Origin: Phycisphaerae bacterium
GTDB taxonomy: Bacteria; Planctomycetota; Phycisphaerae; UBA1845
Reading direction: 5' to 3'
Assembly: GCA_963666835.2 (NCBI GenBank)
Contig: CAXXGO010000006.1
Location: 2,610,493-2,674,492 of the forward strand
Length of the DNA: 64,000 nt
The notes beneath the pieces are model-generated. The model was not told the DNA's origin and did no database searches. It saw only the letters and a list, made by a program, of their open reading frames with translations. The position numbers were made by a program, and so were the translations under genes. Shown in pieces: positions 10,247 through 18,462 of the stretch; within the stretch, counting starts at the first letter, position 1, and every line of letters starts with the position of its first letter.

Positions 10247-10688
10247 CCGGGTCACCAGCCGGTCGACGAATCCGCCCAATCTGACGGAGGGCTTACCCGA
10301 CCGGCGCCCGCTTCTTTTCCAACAAGGTCGTTCTCGGTGTGTTTTACCCTAACTCGGCAATCGTCCGGGTTTTGAGCTTGGTTATCCGGTGGCCGTGCTC
10401 CGCCGGATTGCCGACAAATGGCAAGGCAATGGCCCCGAGGTGAAGTCGGCGGGCGGCTGTCATGTCTTCCGGCGGTATTAGACGATTCCGGCCAAGTCAT
10501 CCTCGACCGATGTTGCGGTCTTGCACGTTACGCAGGCAGCTCTTCTTGCATCGTGGCTGAGCCGGACCGGTTTCGGTAGATACCCGACCTCGGCTACGTG
10601 GCGGGGTATGCCCAAAGGGTCCTCGGCCGGCGTGAATCGGTTGATTCGAGTTTGCGTTGGGTTGAGCGGGCTGGTGAGAGATTGATCG

Positions 10689-10994
10689 ATGGCAAAGACG
10701 TGGGTTACGGAGGGTCCGATGAACCCCGGGCGGCGCCGGGCGAGGCGGACTCAGTTGTTCAGCGAGGTGCTCTGGCACAACGAGAGTGAAAGCACCGCGC
10801 GACGCGGCATTCTCGTCGGGGTTTCCGATACCGGGTTAGCCCTGGTCACCGATCATCGAATCGTCCCACGGCCCGGTGCGCGGATCGTGCCCGAGAAGAA
10901 ACGCGCCCACCGACGTTGGGGTGAGCCGGTTGTGGTAACTCGGATCGACCGGCTTTCGGATGAGTTGGATCTGGTGGCGGCGAAGTATGCGTAG
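10689..10994 (+). CDS. Small PilZ-like protein (degenerate motif)
   Basis: RRRARR followed by 'GVSDTG' at the D/NxSxxG position; size fits a single beta-barrel. Confidence 0.45.
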   Translation: MAKTWVTEGPMNPGRRRARRTQLFSEVLWHNESESTARRGILVGVSDTGLALVTDHRIVPRPGARIVPEKKRAHRRWGEPVVVTRIDRLSDELDLVAAKYA

Positions 10995-11112
10995 CCGTTG
11001 AGGAACGGCACTGACTCGGATTCTCTTCTGGTTTGCGGTGATAATGGACGCCTTCGACGCGGTGCCCGGACCCTCGCGGTGCCGCAAGCCCGATGGAGGA
11101 AGCTGGGATCGT

Positions 11113-11424
11113 ATGATGCAGTTCCGACGAGTTAGGGGGCGAGGGAAAGCGGGCCGTCGCCGGTCGAAGCGTTGGAGGACGGACAAGCCGATTGAATGGC
11201 GGATCTACCGCGGGCGGCGGATTCGCGACGGTCGAGTTATAGAGCGATCTTTAGAGGGATTAGTCCTTGCCGCCGCGGGCGATGCCCCCGCCTCGCCCGG
11301 GATGCGTTTCTTCGTCAGCGGGCCGAGTCCGATCGAGCAGCACGGATTCAAATCAGCCGTAGTCCGCCGAACCGCAATCCGGGCCGACGGACGCCGTTTG
11401 ATGTTCGCCGAGATCGAGGCGTGA
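11113..11424 (+). CDS. Small PilZ-like protein (degenerate motif)
   Basis: RRRSKR followed by 'ERSLEG'; start uncertain (ORF is open from 11038). Confidence 0.45.
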   Translation: MMQFRRVRGRGKAGRRRSKRWRTDKPIEWRIYRGRRIRDGRVIERSLEGLVLAAAGDAPASPGMRFFVSGPSPIEQHGFKSAVVRRTAIRADGRRLMFAEIEA

Positions 11425-11443
11425 CCATCATTGCAGAACGCGC

Positions 11444-11570
11444 GGGTGCCCCATGTCCTTTCGTGTTTAGGATGTGTGGCCCATGTCCTCTTGTGTCTAG
11501 AGCGTGCTGCGATTCGTCGCAGATCGTGCAACGCCAAACACGTCGGACATGGGGGAGCCGATGACGAGCA
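11444..11570 (-). repeat. REP-like repeat family B, copy 1
   Basis: Reverse complement reads tcatcggctcccccatgtcc...aggacatgggccac, matching the copies at 50775 and 51142. Confidence 0.65.
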
Positions 11571-11729
11571 CGCGACATTGCAGCAGATCTCGTTCGTCGA
11601 CCTGCATTACACGGTGGGAAGTGTCCACATGATGGCATGCTGCTTTGAAAGGCGATTGTGATTCGCCGGTCACCAGGGCGATTCGTCCCCCCTTGCTGGG
11701 GAGGTTAGGCACCTGCGGTCGAAAGGGCG

Positions 11730-12158
11730 TCAGAGTGTCAAGACCGTTATCGCAGTGTGTCCGAGAATCAGGGCCCACAGGATCACCGTGAGACGCGCGC
11801 CAAACCGCTTCACTGATCGCTCGGCGCGTGCCTCAAGCGTACCTGCTGCTGCTGCCGCCAGAAGTAGCTGCAGCGGAAAGAGAAGAAACGGACCGGTCAG
11901 CCAGTTCACTTCTACACGATCGACGGTACCGCGAATCTCGTCAACAAAGACGTACGCAATGAACCACGGGATCGTTGCCAAAAGGAGTATGCGGAAGAAC
12001 CTCCGCAGAGGCCAACGCCGCCTGGCGTATACCGCTACCTCGCGCGAAGTAAACGCTTGTCCGCACTCCGGGCAGCGCGGTTCCACAAGTCCTCGTAAGT
12101 CGTAATCGCAGTTTGGGCAACGACCCTCAGTTTGCACGGCTGAGCAGACCTCTTTCAT
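11730..12158 (-). CDS. Zinc-ribbon membrane protein (cassette 1)
   Basis: CPNCDYDLRGL..RCPECG followed by about three hydrophobic helices. Confidence 0.75.
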   Translation of the reverse strand: MKEVCSAVQTEGRCPNCDYDLRGLVEPRCPECGQAFTSREVAVYARRRWPLRRFFRILLLATIPWFIAYVFVDEIRGTVDRVEVNWLTGPFLLFPLQLLLAAAAAGTLEARAERSVKRFGARLTVILWALILGHTAITVLTL

Positions 12159-12402
12159 CAAGAAACCTCGATCTCCGTGGTCGTCGGCGCTTGTGTAGTT
12201 TACGCGTCAAGCATGGCCAGGCAACTGCGGACCATGCCACCAGTCAGGTTGCTCGTAAGATACGAAAGACCCCACCACATGATGCAATCATACTACCAGA
12301 CAGTTCTGGACTCCACCATTCGCACGAGCGGAGCTCCATCCTTGCTACGAAGCACGTCGCACCAGTTCAACGGAGAAGTCTATCCTTGCCCGCGAGACTG
12401 TG

Positions 12403-12957
12403 TCAACCGACTCGTAGCAGACAGGAGAGAACCAGGTAGGGCAGCAAGACGCTGAGAGACGACACACAGAACAGCTTAATCAGGTAGGGACGCGTCGGCA
12501 ATGACAGACGAACCAGAGAAACCGCGTACCAGGTCGACAGCGCAACGCATGTCGCCGGTATGCTCAACACCGCAAGTAACGCCCACGTGTCCGGTGGATT
12601 TGCCGGAATGCCAATGCATGCGGTAGGAAAGACGAGCGGCCCCATCAGGGCAAACACGCCGATATCCGGATATAGAGCAAAACAGATCAACGTCGGTCCG
12701 CAAAAGGCGAGAGCGTTGAGGACGAGTTGCACGACAGTGACTCGCCAGCGGTGGTTTCGCCAGTAGGTCGCCCAGCGGGCCGCGGGCTCATTAGACTTCG
12801 CCACCGGCGTGCCACATTCCGGGCACAATCCGTATAGACCCAGCGTTCGGAGATTGTACCCGCATTCCATGCATTGCAGATCGCGAACAATGGTCCGCCG
12901 TTTCGGAGTCTCAGGCGCGACATCAGTATTGTCCTTATCCGGCAGCATCCTTCGCAT
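12403..12957 (-). CDS. Zinc-ribbon membrane protein (cassette 2)
   Basis: CMECGYNLRTL..LCPECG followed by about four hydrophobic helices. Confidence 0.75.
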   Translation of the reverse strand: MRRMLPDKDNTDVAPETPKRRTIVRDLQCMECGYNLRTLGLYGLCPECGTPVAKSNEPAARWATYWRNHRWRVTVVQLVLNALAFCGPTLICFALYPDIGVFALMGPLVFPTACIGIPANPPDTWALLAVLSIPATCVALSTWYAVSLVRLSLPTRPYLIKLFCVSSLSVLLPYLVLSCLLRVG

Positions 12958-13011
12958 TTCTCCAAGGCGGTCCGAAAGGCAAGCACGGGCGCCCCATCTC
13001 TTCAGGGCAGC

Positions 13012-13135
13012 GGGTGCCCCATCCTTCGCCCCCGGCGAAGGGTGGGGAATGGACCCGCGTTCTCTTCTGACAAGCTCCTGCAGCCGCCCAGTGTAGTTCT
13101 TTCGGACGGGTGGCCCATCTCTTTAGAGGTGGGGA
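13012..13135. repeat. Repeat family A (REP doublet), copy 1, right part truncated or variant
   Basis: GGGTGCCCCATCCTTCGCCCCCGGCGAAGGGTGGGG hairpin followed by ...ctgacaagctcctgcagc...gtgtagttctttc. Confidence 0.85.
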
Positions 13136-13160
13136 ACTCTCACGGTCGGTGGCAGTGCAT

Positions 13161-13574
13161 CTACGTCTTCTCTCGATTGCCCAACAGTACCGGATCGAAC
13201 GGCGTGCCACACTCGGGGCATCGAGGGGTAGGAAGCCCGCAAAGCGAGTAGCCACAAACCAGACAGGTAGGGCTCTCGCTCTCCTCACGATGCGAGCTTG
13301 GCACGGTGCCAACGAGCACCGCGCACACCGCGAGACACAGCACAAGCGCGGGCACCGTGAAGCCCAGTGACTGCACCAGCAGGTCCTCCCAATTGGACGG
13401 AAACTCGTACGCGAGCTGCCCCACCCGACGTTCCCGGGTCCCGACCACGATCGCGCCCGGCGCGCCGACCACAACTACTGATAACACGAGGAGCACCTTA
13501 TGTCGAACCCGTCGAAGGAGGAAGCACAGATTCAACACGAGCAAGGCCGAGGCAATAGCGAAACACCAGATCAT
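13161..13574 (-). CDS. Membrane protein with C-terminal zinc ribbon (cassette 3)
   Basis: ATG 13574 with upstream GGAG; three hydrophobic segments; CLVCGYSLCGL..RCPECGTPF. Confidence 0.75.
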   Translation of the reverse strand: MIWCFAIASALLVLNLCFLLRRVRHKVLLVLSVVVVGAPGAIVVGTRERRVGQLAYEFPSNWEDLLVQSLGFTVPALVLCLAVCAVLVGTVPSSHREESESPTCLVCGYSLCGLPTPRCPECGTPFDPVLLGNREKT

Positions 13575-13599
13575 CGCGTTGACGTCCCCACTCCGGCAC

Positions 13600-13638
13600 G
13601 GGCGCCCCATCCTTCGCCCCCGGCGAAGGGTGGGGGGA
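13600..13638. repeat. Repeat family A copy 2, left part (5' exon of the intron)
   Basis: GGGCGCCCCATCCTTCGCCCCCGGCGAAGGGTGGGGGG. Confidence 0.85.
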
Positions 13639-15563
13639 AAGCGCCGGTAAGCCGGTGAGGAGTAGTGGATGAGAGAGCCATACGGTGAAGGAATAGCGAA
13701 CCACACCGACCCCGAGTCATACTGTGGTGTCCGCAAGGGCATGGCGGGAGCGTTGACAGGGGCACGTGCGGGCCGGCCATTGAGCCGTGAAAGCCTTTTA
13801 CTCCGGAGTGCCGACGCCGTCCCCCAAGGCGGAAGGCAACACCGGAGGGCGTCGTTAACGCGAGACGCCTTTCGGACTCCGCGCGGTCTTAGAACCCGAG
13901 CACGCACGGAAACTCCTCACGCGGAACCCGGGAGATCCCGCGTTCGGCCTCGAACATGGCATCGAGGTCCGCAGTGTGAATCCATAGGAGCACGACACTG
14001 ATGCACGGGCGCGGGAAGTCGGACAGGCCCATAGTACCGAAGAAGACTGCGAACAACGGTGATCCCCCGGCGGGGAGGTCGTCCGCGGAGCAGTTGGAGG
14101 AAAGGGGCCTGGCCAAGGGCAACTCGATTCGACACGACAGGCACCGTACGCAGAGCCGGGATCGTCTGCAAAGCGGGTTGGATCGGGTACGACAGGCAGC
14201 GGTAAAGGATAAGGATTTACAGTTCACCACGCTTTGGCACCATGTCTATGATGTCGCTCGCCTCCGGGAGGCGTACTTGAGCCTCAAGCATGCTTCGGCA
14301 CCGGGGATGGACGGCATGACATGGGAGGCGTACGGCAGGGACCTAGAAGAACACCTCTTGGATCTGTCGGCACGTCTACAGCGCGGAGCGTACCGAGCGA
14401 GGCCGGTCAAGCGGGTCTACATTCCGAAACCCGATGGACGGCAGAGACCAATAGGGATTCCCGTGTTGGAAGACAAGATCGTCCAACGGGCGATGACCGA
14501 TGTGCTCTCGGCTGTCTACGAGGCAGACTTCCTCGGGTTCTCCTACGGATTTCGACCAGGACGGGACGCCCATCAGGCGTTAAGTGCCCTGACTGTCGGC
14601 ATCGAGAGGAAGAAGGTGAATTGGGTGCTGGATGCAGACATTCGTGGATTCTTCGATGCCATAGACCACGATTGGCTGATCAAGTTCGTCGAGCACCGGA
14701 TCGCAGACCAGCGTGTCGTGCGTCACGTGAAGAAGTGGCTGAACGCCGGCGTGCTGGAGGACGGGTGTCGAAGGGACACGGAGACGGGGACGCCGCAGGG
14801 GGGCAGTATCAGCCCGCTATTGGCGAACATCTATCTCCATTACGCCTTCGACTTGTGGGCCCGCCAATGGCGACGGACGCAAGCTCACGGAGATGTGATT
14901 ATCGTGAGATATGCGGACGACTTCGTGGTGGGATTTCAACAGCGAGAGGATGCCGAGCGGTTTCGGGATGAGCTGACGGATCGCCTCCGGAAGTTCAAGC
15001 TGGAGCTACATGCGGACAAGACTCGTCTGATTGAGTTCGGCCGTTTTGCGTCGACCAATCGCAAGCGAGAAGGCCGCGGCAAACCGGCGACCTTCGAGTT
15101 TCTGGGTTTTCGCCACATCTGTGGCAAGACCCGGCGTGGGAGGTTCACGGTACTACGGCAGACTGTCGCGAAACGACGGCGTGCGAAGCTCAAAGCGATT
15201 AAGCAAGAGCTTCGGCGACGTATGCATGCCCCCGTCCGAGAGGTGGGCGCGTATTTGCGGGCGGTGGTTCGCGGGTACTATCAGTATTATGCGGTACCGC
15301 GGAACTACCCGGCCTTAACGGCATTTCGGGATGAGGTTGTCCGTCTTTGGCGCTGGACGCTCCGGCGTCGTAGCGAGAAGACTCGGATTACCTGGGCCCG
15401 CATGAACCGTTTGGCCAAGCAGTGGATACCTGCTCCCAAAATCCTACATCCTTACCCCGACCGACACCTGGCCGTTATGACCCAAGGCAGGAGCCCAGTG
15501 CGGTAGTCCCGCACGCTGGGATCTGTGGAGGGGGTCCCGGGTAACCGGGATTCCTACTCCGAC
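13639..15563 (+). mobile_element. Group II intron (resembles bacterial class E), inserted inside repeat family A
   Basis: Domain V GAGCCCAGTGCGGTAGTCCCGCACGCTGGGATCTG with AGC triad; domain VI ends ...ctactccgAC at 15563; the flanks rejoin into a family A repeat; 5' boundary +/-2 nt. Confidence 0.9.
14001..15506 (+). CDS. ltrA: Group II intron reverse transcriptase/maturase (no endonuclease domain)
   Basis: IPKPDGRQRPIGIP, FSYGFRPGR, LDADIRGFFD, GTPQGG.ISPLLANIYL, RYADD and FLGF motifs, plus a maturase domain. Confidence 0.96.
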   Translation: MHGRGKSDRPIVPKKTANNGDPPAGRSSAEQLEERGLAKGNSIRHDRHRTQSRDRLQSGLDRVRQAAVKDKDLQFTTLWHHVYDVARLREAYLSLKHASAPGMDGMTWEAYGRDLEEHLLDLSARLQRGAYRARPVKRVYIPKPDGRQRPIGIPVLEDKIVQRAMTDVLSAVYEADFLGFSYGFRPGRDAHQALSALTVGIERKKVNWVLDADIRGFFDAIDHDWLIKFVEHRIADQRVVRHVKKWLNAGVLEDGCRRDTETGTPQGGSISPLLANIYLHYAFDLWARQWRRTQAHGDVIIVRYADDFVVGFQQREDAERFRDELTDRLRKFKLELHADKTRLIEFGRFASTNRKREGRGKPATFEFLGFRHICGKTRRGRFTVLRQTVAKRRRAKLKAIKQELRRRMHAPVREVGAYLRAVVRGYYQYYAVPRNYPALTAFRDEVVRLWRWTLRRRSEKTRITWARMNRLAKQWIPAPKILHPYPDRHLAVMTQGRSPVR

Positions 15564-15739
15564 ACTGATCCGCATTCGTTTCTGACAACCTCCTGCAGCT
15601 ACCGAGTGTAGTTATTCCGCCCCGGTTTGGTCAAGCAGGTCTCCGCACGCGCGATGAACCGGTGTAGATGGGGGCCTGATTCGCCGGTAAGCGAAGCGAT
15701 CCGTCTCCCACGCTCGGTGCGCGAAGAAGTGAGGCACGC
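15564..15739. repeat. Repeat family A copy 2, right part (3' exon)
   Basis: actgatccgcattcgtttctgacaacctcctgcagc...gtgtagtt...ccggtttggtcaagca...aaccggtgtagatg...gatccgtctcccacgc...aagtgaggcacgc. Confidence 0.85.
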
Positions 15740-16248
15740 TACCAAGACAACCTGAAGACGAACGGGCGGAACGCCAACGATTCGAAGAATGACCACACGG
15801 CCAGAAGAAACACGATCCTGATCCGCCATCGCCAATCACTGCGCATTGACTCATAGCTAGCGAAAGTCAGTATTGCCAATGCTACGCAGATGCCAAGGCA
15901 GAGATTGCCGAAGCTGGTTGCCCCCAATCCTGGGCGCACATCGAGCACGCTGAGGAACAGCCAAACGGGGGCGAGAAGCACATCACGTGCGTGAATACGA
16001 AAACCACTGAGACCCACGAGAAGCAGTAGGGCGGGCAGGTAGAACGCGGAGGCATTGATCGGCACAATGAACAGGAGGCTCCGCCATCGCGGAGAGGCTG
16101 CCTCCGGCTCAGACGTAGAGTCGACGACGTCCGTGCCGCATTCCGGACAACGTCCCGTCAATCGAAGTGTGCGTAGATTGTACCCACAACCAACACACGA
16201 GACATCATCGTCAACGCATTCTCTTTTTCGTTCGCCCGTATCGCCCAC
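15739..16248 (-). CDS. Zinc-ribbon membrane protein (cassette 4)
   Basis: CVGCGYNLRTL..RCPECG followed by about four hydrophobic helices; start approximate (GTG). Confidence 0.7.
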   Translation of the reverse strand: MGDTGERKRECVDDDVSCVGCGYNLRTLRLTGRCPECGTDVVDSTSEPEAASPRWRSLLFIVPINASAFYLPALLLLVGLSGFRIHARDVLLAPVWLFLSVLDVRPGLGATSFGNLCLGICVALAILTFASYESMRSDWRWRIRIVFLLAVWSFFESLAFRPFVFRLSW

Positions 16249-16267
16249 CGCAGAAAACCCCACCAGC

Positions 16268-16475
16268 GGGTGCCCCGTCCTTCGCCCCCGGCGAAGGGTG
16301 GGGGATGGCCCCGCGCTGACTTCTCGACAAGCCTTCGCTGTCGCCTGTTGTAGTTCTTTCGCTCCGGTTTGGTCAAGCACGTCTCCGCATACGGGATGAA
16401 CCGCTTGGGAAGGGGACTGCATTCTGCCCGAGGCGATCCGCCACCCCCCCCTTGCTGCGCAAGCATGGGGCGCCC
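16268..16475. repeat. Repeat family A copy 3 (complete doublet)
   Basis: Left arm GGGTGCCCCGTCCTTCGCCCCCGGCGAAGGGTGGGG; conserved spacer; inverted right arm cccccttgctgcgcaagcatggggcgccc. Confidence 0.85.
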
Positions 16476-16554
16476 ACGCGAATAGGCTCGGAGTTGGCTC
16501 CCTGCATCAACGGACTGCCAGGCGGTTCCGGGATTATCTGCCATCGTGGTGCAA

Positions 16555-17040
16555 TCAGGTAGACGGCGGAAACTCAAGTGGACAATGAGGCGGTTGTCCA
16601 TCCACCGGAACATGCTTCTCCCAGGCCCCGTTGTCTTCTTCCTCCCAGTAGACGGCGCCGATGTCTGCACTCAGAAGCCACAGCCTACTATCAGTGTCCC
16701 AGTCGACGTTCCACGAGGATGTTCCGGCAGCTACCGACTCCACGTCCAAGACAACGGCACCTGTTTCGGCGCGACAGATCAAGAACCCGACCGGTCCCGT
16801 ATCATCGTGCCTTGTTGAGCCTGTCCAGACAAAATGACGGCCGTTGGGCGCCAAGGGGACTTTCCGCGGTGATCTCCAACCGGCATCTGTGACGCCTCTA
16901 TCCACTTTCTCAAGACGCGCCTGCGCGAGCTTATACAAAGCGCGGTTCCTGCTGCGCTGCCTCTCCGTACACGAATACACCTGTATGCCGATCACGGCCA
17001 GGCCGATGATGTACGCGACACCTGAGACGATAGACCGCAT
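16555..17040 (-). CDS. Hypothetical membrane-anchored protein (cassette 5)
   Basis: N-terminal hydrophobic helix from ATG 17040; Trp-rich beta-strand C-terminus (WNVDWD..RLWLLSADIGAVYW). Confidence 0.6.
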   Translation of the reverse strand: MRSIVSGVAYIIGLAVIGIQVYSCTERQRSRNRALYKLAQARLEKVDRGVTDAGWRSPRKVPLAPNGRHFVWTGSTRHDDTGPVGFLICRAETGAVVLDVESVAAGTSSWNVDWDTDSRLWLLSADIGAVYWEEEDNGAWEKHVPVDGQPPHCPLEFPPST

Positions 17041-17142
17041 GATCCCAGAACCCCCTGTGTCTTCATGGTCGGTACGTCTCCACATGCCGGCGGCTGACGG
17101 GCTACTCATCGAATCGAGTTCATCACTCGCACGGTCCTTCCG

Positions 17143-17394
17143 GGCTGGCGTTCCATCCGCCGCCCGCAGCGGAGAATGACGGACCCGGAGCCGAACACAC
17201 GGTCCGAGTTCGCAATGAGCTTCGTCGACACGCCTTGTGGGCCGACGCATACTGTTGTACAGTTTCCTGCCGTCTTCGGCTGCACTTCCTTCACCCTGGT
17301 TTCGTCAAGTAAGTTCCCGAGAGCAGGATAAGCCGGTGTGGATGGTGGCCGGGTTTCGCCGGCTACCGTGTCGATCCGTCCCCCACCCTTGCTA
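17143..17394. repeat. Repeat family A copy 4 (degenerate left arm, clear right half)
   Basis: ctggtttcgtcaagt...ccggtgtggatggtggcc...taccgtgtcgatccgtcccccacccttgcta; the stop codon of cassette 6 lies within the right arm. Confidence 0.75.
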
Positions 17395-18033
17395 TAGCGA
17401 GATTCCCAAGTGCTCGCGCGATGGCGTGTCGTGCTCTTTGTGGTAACGGATCAGTGAGGGATCGCTCTCGGCAGCTTCAGCGTATTCAGCCGGGCGAACT
17501 TTCTTGCTGCGGATATAGTACTCCGGGTATCCCGGTCGTAATCTACCGTCCTCTTGCCATTCTCGAACAACACCGTGGAGTCGTCCGCGCTGCCAGAATC
17601 GCTCGGTATAGACCTGCATTCCGTCCTCATTCCACCAGAGTTTGCACCCGTGATGGAGTCCATCGACAATATGCCTTTCCTCTGCGATTTTACCGTTCTC
17701 GTGCCACCAAATGTCCAGGCCAGTACCATTCGACATTTCGTACGTGCCGAGCAATGCGCCGTCGATACCGAACTGCCTCGCAACGCCGTGCTCCTTGCCG
17801 GTTTCGAAATGCGTCTTAAACCTGAGAATACCATTGGAGAACCAACGTCGCAGTGATCCCTGGCGGATTCCGCCGGACATCATCACCTCTTCAATGACTG
17901 CGCCCGTCTCGTCCCTGATCCGCCTCGCGATTTCCTCACCTGCGACAAAGCACGCATGCACGGTGTCGCCGTACTCATCGAGAGTGAGCAGACGCTCGTC
18001 AACACCCTCAGGTATGTCGCTCGGGTAAGCCAT
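17392..18033 (-). CDS. MORN-repeat / YwqK-like antitoxin or immunity-type protein (cassette 6)
   Basis: Repeated 'G.RQG..RRWFSNG.L', 'WWHENGK', 'GLHHG..WWNEDG', 'GRLHG..REWQEDG'. Confidence 0.7.
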   Translation of the reverse strand: MAYPSDIPEGVDERLLTLDEYGDTVHACFVAGEEIARRIRDETGAVIEEVMMSGGIRQGSLRRWFSNGILRFKTHFETGKEHGVARQFGIDGALLGTYEMSNGTGLDIWWHENGKIAEERHIVDGLHHGCKLWWNEDGMQVYTERFWQRGRLHGVVREWQEDGRLRPGYPEYYIRSKKVRPAEYAEAAESDPSLIRYHKEHDTPSREHLGISL

Positions 18034-18068
18034 TCTTTGCCGCGATTCTCCGACGTTGGCCAAGCTGC

Positions 18069-18434
18069 GGGTGCCCCGTCCTTCGCCCCTGGCGAAGGGT
18101 GGGGAATGGATCCGGAACCTGCTTCAGTCAGCGAATGCCAAACGTGGTCCGCCCGTACGTTGAGCAATGCGACGTTCACAGCGTGCCGATCTTGTACTGT
18201 TCCTGGTTGTAGTTGCTTCGGCCGGGTTTGGTCAAGTGAGTTTCCGCAAGCGGGATCAACCGGTGTAGATGGTGGCTGAAGTCCGCCCGTTACCGTGTCG
18301 ATCCGTCCCCCACCCATTCCGGCGGGGAGTCGGCATGGCTACGGCAGCTCGGCAAACGCCGGAATGAATGGGGTACCCGCCTGGTTACCGTGTCGATCCG
18401 TCCCCCACCCTTGCTACGCAAAAGTGGGGCACCC
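18069..18434. repeat. Repeat family A copy 5 (complete, with internal duplication)
   Basis: Left arm at 18069; right arm ccccacccttgctacgcaaaagtggggcaccc ends at 18434; ttaccgtgtcgatccgtcccccaccc occurs twice (~18290 and ~18385). Confidence 0.85.
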
Positions 18435-18462
18435 TCCTGTGGGTTGCCGAATTGGTTACCGC

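Noticed and set aside
13669..14001. 110-aa ORF 'MREPYGEGIANHTDPES...' upstream of the RT
   Set aside because: It lies within the intron ribozyme domains and most likely reflects conserved RNA sequence, not protein.
14001..15506. RT as part of a DGR, retron or defence RT system
   Set aside because: YADD motif, a maturase domain and clear intron domains V and VI identify it as a group II intron; no TR/VR pair is visible.
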